Below, one piece after another: positions 1 to 7,843 of a stretch of 32,000 nt of DNA (its first letter is position 1; the number at the start of each line of letters is the position of its first letter). Made by a program: the position numbers and the translations under genes. Under the pieces are notes generated by a model that worked only from the letters and a program-made list of their open reading frames with translations, was not told where the DNA came from and made no database searches. The stretch spans positions 2,670,001 to 2,702,000 of the forward strand of contig NC_016803.1 of NCBI RefSeq assembly GCF_000189295.2. Direction: 5' to 3'. The stretch comes from Pseudodesulfovibrio mercurii. GTDB taxonomy: Bacteria > Desulfobacterota > Desulfovibrionia > Desulfovibrionales > Desulfovibrionaceae.

Positions 1-67
1 CCTGCACCCGCTCAAGGCCGAGGGCCTTGAGAATCCCATCGCCTCGCTGCGCTCGGGGTGCGTGCGG

Positions 68-125
68 CGGCGGAAGGCTGGCTCGGGACGCCTTCCGCCG
101 TGCCGGTGTGCGATTTCTTTTTAGA
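68..125 (+). terminator. Inverted repeat (11-bp stem) followed at a distance by a T-run; possible terminator of a + strand gene ending left of or at the window edge
   Basis: CGGCGGAAGGC (68-78) pairs with GCCTTCCGCCG (90-100) across an 11-nt loop. TTTCTTTTT lies at about 114-122. The T-run is not adjacent to the stem, so this is not a canonical intrinsic terminator. Confidence 0.25.
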
Positions 126-208
126 AAGGCAATAACACCCCAGGATGTGGGACTTTTCCCACCATCCCGAAGTGTTCGCGCCGGACGGCCCTCAGAAGCG
201 CCCTGTTC

Positions 209-236
209 CCTTCCCCGGCCTTGTCGCCGGGGAAGG
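209..236 (-). terminator. Perfect 11-bp inverted repeat immediately downstream of the DUF364 gene stop; possible operon-end hairpin
   Basis: CCTTCCCCGGC (209-219) and GCCGGGGAAGG (226-236) flank a 6-nt loop, 15 nt beyond the stop at 251-253. No U-run follows on the minus strand. Confidence 0.3.
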
Positions 237-250
237 TCTCCAGGCACCGC

Positions 251-1096
251 CTAGGGTTTGTTGATAACCACCCGGTCCGCCGATTTGCCGAAAAAGTGAT
301 AGCCGGAACCGCCTTCCCCGAGGACTTCCAGGAGCCGGTCCGGATCGGTGGCCATGACGCCGCCGATGGCGTTGACCCCTCGGGAGAAGAATGCCTCGGG
401 GAGCATGCTTGCGGTCGGTCCGACCACGATGACGTCGGCGGAGGGCTTGGCCGTGGCCAGCAGGTCCTCCAGCGTGTCGTTGATCAGGGTCGTGCCGGTG
501 ATGATGAGCAGGTCCGCTTCGGCGACCTTTTCCATTGCGTGCTCCGCCGGGACGAAGTGGTCCATCTCATCGGGCTTGAGGGTCCGGATGTCCTTTTCCA
601 GAATGGAGAAGTCCCGGTTGCCTTGTTTGAGCATCTTCAGATAGGGGACCAGCGCGCCGACCACCACGGCCTTGCCGCCCTCGGGGTACGCATAGTTGTC
701 CAGGGGATCGGCATTGTGCCGGATGACGTAGTCGCCCGGAGCCCTGTCCGCCCAGATGGTGTTGGACAGTGCGTTCATGACGGCGATGCCGATGGCCCGT
801 CTCATGGCGTTGCCGCTGAACATGTGGTCGATGATCTTGGCCGCGGGCGTCCCGGCGAGGTTGCCGGAGTTGGGCATGGCCCGGGCCGAACTGGGACAGC
901 ACACGGCCTCGGGTATGGTCTTGATCGGCGTGAAGCAGAGCCCGCCCTGGCCGTTGGTCAATTTCACTCCCGTGAAAAAGATGCCGACTACCACCCGCTC
1001 CACCGCGATGTCGTCCAAACGCGGGCCGAGTGCGGCCTTGATGCTCGTTATGGTTTCGGCCAGGATGCCGGTGGTCTTGTTCGATTCAGGTTGCAT
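251..1096 (-). CDS. DUF4213/DUF364-type Rossmann-like protein (the 'putative heavy-metal chelation' family), 281 aa
   Basis: Track ORF 251..1372 trimmed to the ATG at 1094-1096 (MQPESNKTTG...), which is preceded by AAGGG. The discarded 92 codons are Arg/Pro-rich and overlap the upstream gene. Segments VVVGIFFTGVKL, KAVVVGALVPYL and ADLLIITGTTLINDT match my memory of DUF4213+DUF364 architecture. No HMM search was run. Confidence 0.7.
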   Translation of the reverse strand: MQPESNKTTGILAETITSIKAALGPRLDDIAVERVVVGIFFTGVKLTNGQGGLCFTPIKTIPEAVCCPSSARAMPNSGNLAGTPAAKIIDHMFSGNAMRRAIGIAVMNALSNTIWADRAPGDYVIRHNADPLDNYAYPEGGKAVVVGALVPYLKMLKQGNRDFSILEKDIRTLKPDEMDHFVPAEHAMEKVAEADLLIITGTTLINDTLEDLLATAKPSADVIVVGPTASMLPEAFFSRGVNAIGGVMATDPDRLLEVLGEGGSGYHFFGKSADRVVINKP

Positions 1097-1137
1097 GACA
1101 TGCCCTTGTACAGGTTGAGGATTATTCGACTGGACCG

Positions 1138-2220
1138 TCAGCAGCAGGAGCAGCAGGCGGCCGTTTCGCATTCCGGGGCCACGCTTTCCGCCGCCGTCTT
1201 CACGGCGAGGTGCAGGTTCGCGGCGCCGAAGGGGCCGGGGATTTCCCTGGCGGCGACGATGCTGAAGCCGCACTCCTCGATCAGCCCGGTGAACTGTTCG
1301 ATGCGGCACAGCGGGTGGCCGAAGCTCAGGAAGGATTTGTCCATTTCCAGCAGCCCGTTTTGCGGAACGCACCCCGGCGCGCAGAACCAGTGGTTGGAGA
1401 CCAGCAGTCCGCCCGGCCGGAGGGCATTTCTGATTTTATTGAAGAATTCCGGCATGTTTTTTCTGAACTTGTACAGGACGTGCGAGATCAGGACGATGTC
1501 GAACCCCTCGCCGATATCGTCCGTGTCGATGTCGCCGCCTTGGGCCGTCAGCCGTTCGGCCATGCCGTATTCCCGGAGAAAGGCCCTGGTTTCGGACATG
1601 ACGTGCGGCTTGTCGAAGACGACGCCGCCCAGGCCGCCGTTGGCCTGGCACAGGGCGATGGCGTAGAGGCCGTGGCCGCCGCCCAGGTCCAGGACCGTGC
1701 GCGCCCGGGGGAACTGGTCCCAGGCGAGGATTTCCCGGACCACGCCCTGCAACTCTCCGCGCAGGGAGCGCTGTCCCAGGGCGCGGATGAAATCGGTCCG
1801 CGGGGCCTGGTCAAAGGCGTAGGCCTCGGGCTTGTCCTTTTGCAGCTGCGCGGTCAGGTTGCTCCAACGGGAGTTGGCGCCGGTGTCCTCGTTGATCCAG
1901 CCGCCCTGGAACAGGGGACTTTCCCGCACGAGGAAGGCGTCGGCCATCGGGGAGTTGGCGAATTTCTCCGTATCCTCGGTGATCAGCCCCAACTCCCTGA
2001 GCGAGAGCAGGAAGCTGCGGATGAACATGCCGTTCACCTTGAGCCGTTTGGCGATGACCTCACGGTCGAGGCCCGGTTCGTCGTGCAGCAGTTCGAAGAG
2101 CCCCAGCTCCAGGGCCGTGTTGAAGACCTGGTAGGCCCGGTAGCCGTTGAGAATGGATTCCAGCCCGGCGGCGTTTTCAGGCATGCCGAGGCCGGACAGG
2201 TTCCGAGTGGGAATGGACAT
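1138..2220 (-). CDS. Class I SAM-dependent O-methyltransferase (family 2 type with N-terminal winged-helix dimerisation domain), 360 aa, ending in a Cys-rich tail
   Basis: Full ORF with ATG at 2218-2220. SAM motif I is VLDLGGGHGLYAIAL. The acidic loop GGDIDTDD and the LRPGGLLV motif are present. The N-terminal roughly 100 aa resemble the dimerisation/wHTH region of PF00891-type enzymes. The C-terminus reads PECETAACCSCC. Confidence 0.8.
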   Translation of the reverse strand: MSIPTRNLSGLGMPENAAGLESILNGYRAYQVFNTALELGLFELLHDEPGLDREVIAKRLKVNGMFIRSFLLSLRELGLITEDTEKFANSPMADAFLVRESPLFQGGWINEDTGANSRWSNLTAQLQKDKPEAYAFDQAPRTDFIRALGQRSLRGELQGVVREILAWDQFPRARTVLDLGGGHGLYAIALCQANGGLGGVVFDKPHVMSETRAFLREYGMAERLTAQGGDIDTDDIGEGFDIVLISHVLYKFRKNMPEFFNKIRNALRPGGLLVSNHWFCAPGCVPQNGLLEMDKSFLSFGHPLCRIEQFTGLIEECGFSIVAAREIPGPFGAANLHLAVKTAAESVAPECETAACCSCC

Positions 2221-2256
2221 GGCGAATCCTCCGTGTCGCTGTGCGGACAGATGCGG

Positions 2257-3294
2257 CTAGTTGGCCTTGTATCCGCGGATGAAGGCCTCGTATTCGGCGT
2301 CGCTCAGGTCGTAGCCGAAGAAGGTCTTGAAGAAGTATCCGGTCTCCCGCCGCATATCGATGTCGGCCATCAGTTCCGGATAGAGGGTCTTGGTCAGCCA
2401 GAGAAAGCCCAGGGGGGCCTCCGGCGAGGGGCGGTTCCACCAGAACGCGCCGATGGGGAATTCATAGACCCGCTTGTCCTTGACGGCCTTGATATCCACC
2501 AGCTTCGTGTCCGCCAGGATGTCCTTGACCCGGTCCTTGCCCTTCAGCCGCTGGGCCACGATGACGTCGGGATTCCACTGCACGAGTTTTTCCAGCGTCG
2601 TTTCCCTGGCCTGCCCGAGGTCGGCGGCCACATTGACCGCACCGGCCAGGTTCAGCAGGTCCTGGGTCCACCAGGCATCGCCCTCGGTCTGGAGGATGTC
2701 GTTGCTGGTGTAGTAGACCCGCAGCCGCTTGTCCTGCGGGATGGTCTTGACCCGCTGCCGGATGAGGTCGAGTTTTTCGTCCCAATAGGCGACCAGGGCC
2801 TTGGCCTTGTCCTCGTTGCCCAGGATCAGGCCGGTGTGCAGGAACTCGTCCTTCATGACGCCGATGCGCGCCTTGCCGATATACATGGTCACCAGGGGCA
2901 GGCCGATCTCCTCGATCTTCTTGTTGCCCTTTTTGGAGATGATGCCCGCGAAGACCATGTCGGGATTCAATGAAATGATCTTTTCGATGTTGATGTTGTC
3001 GAACTGACCGGCGGAGGGAATGGCCTTGAGTTTCGGGCGCATTTTCAGCAATTGCGGAAACCGGTCCATGGCGGGCTGGCCCACGATCCTGTCCTCGCCG
3101 CCCAAAACGACGATCTGGTTGGTCACGCCGCCGTAGCAGGTGATCAGTATTTTATCGACGCGTTGCGGGATGGTGACGGTCCTCTTGGCCGCATCCACCA
3201 CCGTGGCCTGTTCCGCAAGGCAGGGCGCGTGACAGAAGACGATAACCGCGCAGACGCATACGAGCTTGATGAGCGTGTTTTTGCAAAGGGTCAT
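2257..3294 (-). CDS. ABC transporter periplasmic substrate-binding protein, Fe-siderophore/heme/cobalamin class (FecB/BtuF-like), 345 aa
   Basis: The N-terminal signal peptide is MTLCKNTLIKLVCVCAVIVFCHAPCLA. The two-lobe pattern is typical of PF01497 proteins (ILITCYGG..., NPDMVFAG, NPDVIVA). It sits directly downstream of the ATPase and permease genes. Confidence 0.85.
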   Translation of the reverse strand: MTLCKNTLIKLVCVCAVIVFCHAPCLAEQATVVDAAKRTVTIPQRVDKILITCYGGVTNQIVVLGGEDRIVGQPAMDRFPQLLKMRPKLKAIPSAGQFDNINIEKIISLNPDMVFAGIISKKGNKKIEEIGLPLVTMYIGKARIGVMKDEFLHTGLILGNEDKAKALVAYWDEKLDLIRQRVKTIPQDKRLRVYYTSNDILQTEGDAWWTQDLLNLAGAVNVAADLGQARETTLEKLVQWNPDVIVAQRLKGKDRVKDILADTKLVDIKAVKDKRVYEFPIGAFWWNRPSPEAPLGFLWLTKTLYPELMADIDMRRETGYFFKTFFGYDLSDAEYEAFIRGYKAN

Positions 3295-3297
3295 AGA

Positions 3298-4116
3298 TTA
3301 CTCCATGTACTGCTGTTGGGGTGCTGGGGAGGGGCATATCGCCGGGATGCAAACCTTCATCGAGTTGTGGCCGTTTTCGGTGCAGGCGTCGGCTATGTTG
3401 AGCCCCACGCCGTAGAGATCGTTCAACCGTTGTTCCGTCGCGGTCGTCTCCGGGGTTCCGGAGCCGACTATCACGCCTCCCTTGATGAGAACGGCCTTGT
3501 CCGCATACCGGAACGCGTGGTCCGGGTAATGCGTGGCCATGATGATGCCCAGGCCGTCCCGGGCCAGGGCCTGGACGTGCCGCAGGACGAGCACCTGATT
3601 GCCGAAATCCAGATTGTTGGTCGGCTCGTCCATGATCAGGAATCGCGGGTTCTGCGCCAGGGCCCTGGCGATCAGGATGAGCTGGCGCTCGCCTCCGCTC
3701 AGTTCCGAGAACAGGGCATTCCGCAGATGAAGGATGCTCATGTGTTCCATGGCCGCTTCGGCCAGGTCCCTGTCCTTTGCCGAAGGGGTGGCGTACCGGC
3801 CGAGATGGGCCGTGCGTCCCATCAGCACCATGTCGAAGGACCTGTACTGGAAGGTGGGCGCGTGGCTTTGCGGAATATAGCCGATGGTCCGGGCGATCCT
3901 GGCGCGCGACCAGCCGGAGATGTCCTCTCCGTCGCACGATATCCGGCCGCTTGTGGTCGGGAGGAATCCCAACGCGACCTTGAACAGCGTTGACTTGCCC
4001 GCGCCGTTGGGGCCCAGGAGGCAGACGACCTCGCGGCTTTCCAGAGCCAGGGACACGCCGTGCAGGGTCGTGTTTTTTCCATACCGGGCATGGACGTCGC
4101 ACAATTCGAAAATCAT
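3298..4116 (-). CDS. ABC transporter ATP-binding protein (FecE/BtuD-like), 272 aa
   Basis: Walker A is GPNGAGKST, the ABC signature is LSGGERQ and Walker B is FLIMDEPT. Its start overlaps the permease stop (ATGA at 4113-4116). Confidence 0.9.
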   Translation of the reverse strand: MIFELCDVHARYGKNTTLHGVSLALESREVVCLLGPNGAGKSTLFKVALGFLPTTSGRISCDGEDISGWSRARIARTIGYIPQSHAPTFQYRSFDMVLMGRTAHLGRYATPSAKDRDLAEAAMEHMSILHLRNALFSELSGGERQLILIARALAQNPRFLIMDEPTNNLDFGNQVLVLRHVQALARDGLGIIMATHYPDHAFRYADKAVLIKGGVIVGSGTPETTATEQRLNDLYGVGLNIADACTENGHNSMKVCIPAICPSPAPQQQYME

Positions 4117-5168
4117 TCGGATCCTCCTTTTTGACGACTCAACAACACCAGGAAAAACGGGGCGCCGAGAATGGAGGTCAGGACCCCCAGCGGTATTTCC
4201 ACGGAGGCGAAGCCGCGGGCCATGTCGTCCACCAGGATGAGGTAGGCCGCGCCGAGCAGGCCGGAAGCCGGGAGCAGGGTCTGGAAGTCCGGGCCGATCA
4301 GCATTCTGGCCAGGTGGGGGATGAGCAGGCCGACCCAGCCGACCAGCCCGCCCACGGACACCGACGCCGAGGTCATCAATGTCGAACCGATGATGGCCGC
4401 GAGCCGCAGCTTGCCGGTCTCCACGCCCAGGGAGAGCGCCTCGTCCTCGCTCAGGGACATGACGTTCATGCGCCAGCGGAACACGTACAGGATGGCCGCT
4501 CCGGCCACGATGGGGACCACGGCCACGAGCACGTCGTGGGTGGAGGTCGTGGCCAGGCTGCCCATCAGCCAGAAGGTGATGGTGGGCAGCTCGTCGTAGG
4601 GGTCGGCCAGGTATTTGAGGAGCGACGTCCCGGAAGAGAAGAGGGTGCCGACCAGGATGCCGGTCAGGATCAGGGCCAGGGTCCGGTCCCTGGGGACCTT
4701 CAGGCTGACGGCATAGGCCAGCGAGACCGCCACCAGTCCCAGGACGAAAGACAGGATCTGGACCCCGTAGACGCTCAGCGACAGGGAGATGGCCAGGGCC
4801 GCCCCCAGTCCCGCTCCGGAGGAGGCCCCCAGGATATCGGGCGAAACCAGCGGATTTTTGAACATGCCCTGGTAGGCCGTCCCGGCCATCGCCAGGGCCG
4901 CCCCGACCAGCGATGCGCCCAGTATGCGGGGCAGGCGCACCTTGAAAACGACGGTCTCCATGGCTTGCGGCCAGTCCTGGCGGACGGGCAACAGCTTGGA
5001 GGCGAAGATCTTGACCACCTGGCCAATGGAGATGTCGTACTGCCCCAGGCAGAAAGAGGCGAGGAAGACGCCGGAAAACAGGAGGAACAACAGCAACAGG
5101 ACCACGTTCGGCGCAATTCCCCGCGAGGTGTCCTGGGGTGGCTGAAGGGCTTTGCCAAGGGCTTCCAT
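4113..5168 (-). CDS. FecCD-family ABC transporter permease, about 351 aa (start uncertain)
   Basis: The protein is highly hydrophobic and multi-TM, with FecCD-type segments (RLPRILGASLVGAALAMAGTAYQGMFKNPLVSPDILG, LLIPHLARMLIGPDF). I chose the ATG at 5166-5168 (MEALGK...) because it avoids overlapping the upstream methyltransferase. Alternative starts are the ATG at 5228 and the TTG at 5237. None has a clear SD. Confidence 0.85.
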   Translation of the reverse strand: MEALGKALQPPQDTSRGIAPNVVLLLLFLLFSGVFLASFCLGQYDISIGQVVKIFASKLLPVRQDWPQAMETVVFKVRLPRILGASLVGAALAMAGTAYQGMFKNPLVSPDILGASSGAGLGAALAISLSLSVYGVQILSFVLGLVAVSLAYAVSLKVPRDRTLALILTGILVGTLFSSGTSLLKYLADPYDELPTITFWLMGSLATTSTHDVLVAVVPIVAGAAILYVFRWRMNVMSLSEDEALSLGVETGKLRLAAIIGSTLMTSASVSVGGLVGWVGLLIPHLARMLIGPDFQTLLPASGLLGAAYLILVDDMARGFASVEIPLGVLTSILGAPFFLVLLSRQKGGSE

Positions 5169-5184
5169 GTCGTGTTTCGCCGGT

Positions 5185-5814
5185 TCAGGCCGCGTTTTTG
5201 AAGACCTCGACCCAGACGCCGTAGTCATCCCTGACAAGGCGATAGTTCCCGATACCGGCCTTTTCCAGGGCGTCAGGGATGCGGGTCCCCTTTTTCCAGT
5301 TGTTTCGCGGGTCGTCGCTTCCCTTGCCCGCCCATTTCGGGCGCATGCCCCTGACTTCTTCCAACGGCTGGTATCGGCTGAAACCGCAGCCCACGAAAAA
5401 GCAGCCGCCCGGAGCCAGTACCCGGTACATCTCGGAAAAGGCGGCCGCCATGTCGTCCCAAAACGGGATCGACCCCCGGCTGATGATCAGGTCAAAGGAT
5501 TCGTCCGGCAGCGGCATGTCGGCCACATCGCCTTGAATGAGCGAGATGCGTTGCGGCTCGACGCCGTGGGACCGCATGTTCTCCCGCACGCGGTCGAGCA
5601 CCTGTTCCCTGAGGTCCAGACCCGTCAATTCCATGTCCGTGATTTTGCTCAGCTCGATAAGCAGGGCGCCATTGCCGGTGCCGACATCCAGTACGTTTTT
5701 CCGGCCTGCCCCGTAGTCTTCGAACATCTGCCGGACAAGCAGCGGATACATCGCCGCGAAACGATGACGCTTGTCGTATGTGTAGAATTCTCTGTCTTCG
5801 GATTCCGGATTCAT
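5185..5814 (-). CDS. Class I SAM-dependent methyltransferase, 209 aa
   Basis: Motif I is VLDVGTGNGAL, the acidic residue is in TGLDL, post I is QGDVADMP and motif III is LAPGGCFFV. It is the first gene of the minus-strand operon. Confidence 0.8.
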   Translation of the reverse strand: MNPESEDREFYTYDKRHRFAAMYPLLVRQMFEDYGAGRKNVLDVGTGNGALLIELSKITDMELTGLDLREQVLDRVRENMRSHGVEPQRISLIQGDVADMPLPDESFDLIISRGSIPFWDDMAAAFSEMYRVLAPGGCFFVGCGFSRYQPLEEVRGMRPKWAGKGSDDPRNNWKKGTRIPDALEKAGIGNYRLVRDDYGVWVEVFKNAA

Positions 5815-6109
5815 GATGTACGCATCCCCTGAATGGCAAATATGGATGTTCGGGGCCGCTCCGGCGTTGCGGCAACCTGCCTAAAATTGAATACATATAC
5901 ATGCTTGTTTTTCCGGACAACACAGTCATCACTTTGGGCAAAACCGTGACTCCCCGGACTGGAGGGCGTTGAGGGCCGCCGTGAGACGCCAAGGCGCAAC
6001 AACCTGTAATGGTTGAAAGGACGGACAGAATGGCGACGTTTCGGAACCGTGGCGGGATGCCGCGCAGCGGTGCTTGTCAGCGCGGATTCCGCTCTTTGAA
6101 AGGAGTCCC

Positions 6110-6245
6110 GCCACCCTCACCCCGCACGTCTCCCCACGCCCGCCCGTCCCTGCCGAAGGCACATAAAAAGTTTGGGAGCGTCCAGAGAACCCTTTCCAAA
6201 GGGTTCTTTGGCGGGGTCCGGGGCAGCGCCCCGGCCGCCGGAGGC
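6110..6245 (+). repeat. Dispersed intergenic hairpin element, copy A (short subfamily), abutting the 3' end of the hydrolase gene
   Basis: The head is TGCCGAAGGCACATAAAAAGTTTGGG (6151-). A 14-bp stem joins CCAGAGAACCCTTT (6182-6195) and AAAGGGTTCTTTGG (6198-6211). A second hairpin is CCGGGGCAGCGCCCCGG. The tail GGCCGCCGGAGGC ends at 6245. It aligns by eye with copy C, and head and tail align with copies B and D. Confidence 0.7.
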
Positions 6246-6271
6246 ATCACCTGTCGCCGCGCGGCAGGGGC

Positions 6272-6850
6272 TCAGGCCCTGTCGGTTTGCAGGTCGATGG
6301 CCAGGCGGACGAGCCAGTCGGTCCAGTGGCGGCGGGCGGGTTGGTCGTGGTTTGCGGACAGGGGGTTCATGAAGCCGTGGCCCGCCTCGGCCCGGTGGCA
6401 GGTGACCAGGGGGTTGGCGGCCAGGGTGGCGGCCAGGGCGGCGACGTCGAAGTGGGGTTCGGCGTTCGGGAAGATCAGGTCCACGGGCGCGCGGGGGGTC
6501 ATGTGGGTCATGGTCCGGATGGCCGAGCCGTAGAAGCAGCAGGCGTGGAGCAGGGGGGTGCCCCGGGTGCAGACGGCGGCCCAGGCGGCCCCGGCCCCGG
6601 CGCTGAAGCCGACCAGCAGGGTCGGGCGGGCGGCCGTGTTCACCAGGTCGAGGACCCGGCGGGCGTAGGGTTCGAGGCCGCCACGGTCGAGGTAGGCGGC
6701 GTAGGCCGTGTCCTCGTCCGGGAAGTGCGGGTCGCGGCCGTCGTAGGGGTCGGCCACGGCGATGCGGCGGGCGTGGGGCCGGAGCCGGTCGGCCAGTTCG
6801 TCCACATGGGGGGTGCGCCCCCAGATTTCGGTGGCCAGGAGGATGTCCAT
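6272..6850 (-). CDS. Alpha/beta hydrolase, dienelactone-hydrolase-like, 192 aa
   Basis: Track ORF 6272..6961 trimmed to the ATG at 6848-6850 (MDILLATEIWG...), which has GGAG 7 nt upstream. The nucleophile-elbow motif is GFSAGA (G-x-S-x-G). A His lies near the C-terminus (EAGHGF), as in DLH-type hydrolases. Confidence 0.6.
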   Translation of the reverse strand: MDILLATEIWGRTPHVDELADRLRPHARRIAVADPYDGRDPHFPDEDTAYAAYLDRGGLEPYARRVLDLVNTAARPTLLVGFSAGAGAAWAAVCTRGTPLLHACCFYGSAIRTMTHMTPRAPVDLIFPNAEPHFDVAALAATLAANPLVTCHRAEAGHGFMNPLSANHDQPARRHWTDWLVRLAIDLQTDRA

Positions 6851-6907
6851 GTCGGCTCCGTGGTTGCGGTTGCGGGTGAGCCGTACATAAGCCGGCCGGG
6901 TGGCGGC

Positions 6908-6950
6908 CGCAACAACAACAGCGCCCCCGCCGGACCATCCGGCGGGGGCG
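6908..6950 (-). terminator. Probable intrinsic terminator downstream of ahpC
   Basis: A perfect 13-bp GC-rich stem joins CGCCCCCGCCGGA (6922-6934) and TCCGGCGGGGGCG (6938-6950) across a 3-nt loop. On the minus strand it is followed by CTGTTGTTGTTG. It lies 42 nt after the ahpC stop. Confidence 0.5.
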
Positions 6951-6991
6951 GGGTTATGCAACAGGTCAGCGAGAGTGTGAGATCGCTGCCG

Positions 6992-7630
6992 TTAATCGAC
7001 GTCGATGAGGGCTTCGTAGACCTTGCCGACCATCTGGTCGGTGGGGGTCAGGGTCTTCTGGCCGGGGGTCCACTTGGCGGGGCAGACCTCGGCGGGATGC
7101 TGGATGAGGTAGGTGTTGGCCTCCACCTTGCGGACCAGCTCGTCGGCATTGCGGCCCACGTTGTAGAAGTTGATCTCGGAGGAGACGAGCACGCCCTCGG
7201 GGTTGATGATGAAGGTGCCGCGCAGGGCCAGGCCGGTGTCGTAGTCCCAGACGTCGAAGAACCGGGAGACCTCGCCGGTCGGGTCCGCGCCCATCTTGAA
7301 CCTGACGTTTTCCAGCAGCCGTTCGGAGGTCTTCCAGGCCATGTGCGAATACTGGGTGTCCGTGGACACGGAGACGACCTCGGCCCCGAGCTTTTTCAGG
7401 TCCTCGTACCGCGTGGCCAAATCGGCCAGCTCGGTGGGGCAGACAAAGGTGAAGTCCGCCGGGTAGAAGAACAGGATGACCCACTTGCCCTCCTTGCGGA
7501 GCGCCCCCAGGTCGACATTGACGAACCCGCCCTCGGTGGGATCGAAGGCGTCCAGGGTAAATTCGGGTACGGGCTGGCCCACTTTGGCGAAATCGGGCAG
7601 GGTATCGTTGCTATCAAATTCGTTGCTCAT
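6992..7630 (-). CDS. ahpC: Typical 2-Cys peroxiredoxin (AhpC/Prx1 subfamily), 212 aa
   Basis: The peroxidatic Cys lies in FFYPADFTFVCPTEL and the resolving Cys in EVCPAKW. The start context is AAAGGATAATAAT-ATG. Confidence 0.9.
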   Translation of the reverse strand: MSNEFDSNDTLPDFAKVGQPVPEFTLDAFDPTEGGFVNVDLGALRKEGKWVILFFYPADFTFVCPTELADLATRYEDLKKLGAEVVSVSTDTQYSHMAWKTSERLLENVRFKMGADPTGEVSRFFDVWDYDTGLALRGTFIINPEGVLVSSEINFYNVGRNADELVRKVEANTYLIQHPAEVCPAKWTPGQKTLTPTDQMVGKVYEALIDVD

Positions 7631-7843
7631 ATTATTATCCTTTGTTTTGCGGATGTTGATAATTTTGTAGGAATGATTACCGTTTTCAAGACACTAAGGG
7701 CGGCCCTGCCCGGCGTCAAGTGTTTTTTGCGGTTTTCTCCACTTTGCCCAGCGGGGCGTGGTGGTGTATACCGGTGCTTCCCGAGGGGCGGCCATTGCGC
7801 TTGCCCGGCGGATGCACCCATACCAACAAGAAAGAGAGCGTTT

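Noticed and set aside
1-250. Possible partial + strand CDS ending at TGA 28-30, and a possible degenerate fifth copy of the repeat element downstream of the DUF364 gene
   Set aside because: Only 9 codons of the putative CDS are visible, so it cannot be supported. The similarity to the repeat family is limited to short pieces (GGCAATAA and CCTTCCCCGGCC...GCCGG). I report only the two inverted repeats, as low-confidence features.
5815-6010. Expected cobalamin riboswitch (or Fur box) upstream of the BtuF/FecCD-type importer operon
   Set aside because: I read both strands and could not find the conserved core or a B12-box (AGxCAGGAGACCTGCC-like). The only match is a partial AACCTGCC on the wrong (+) strand, overlapping the start of the operon. 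I saw no convincing GATAATGATAATCATTATC-like Fur box either. An Infernal scan with RF00174 would be decisive.
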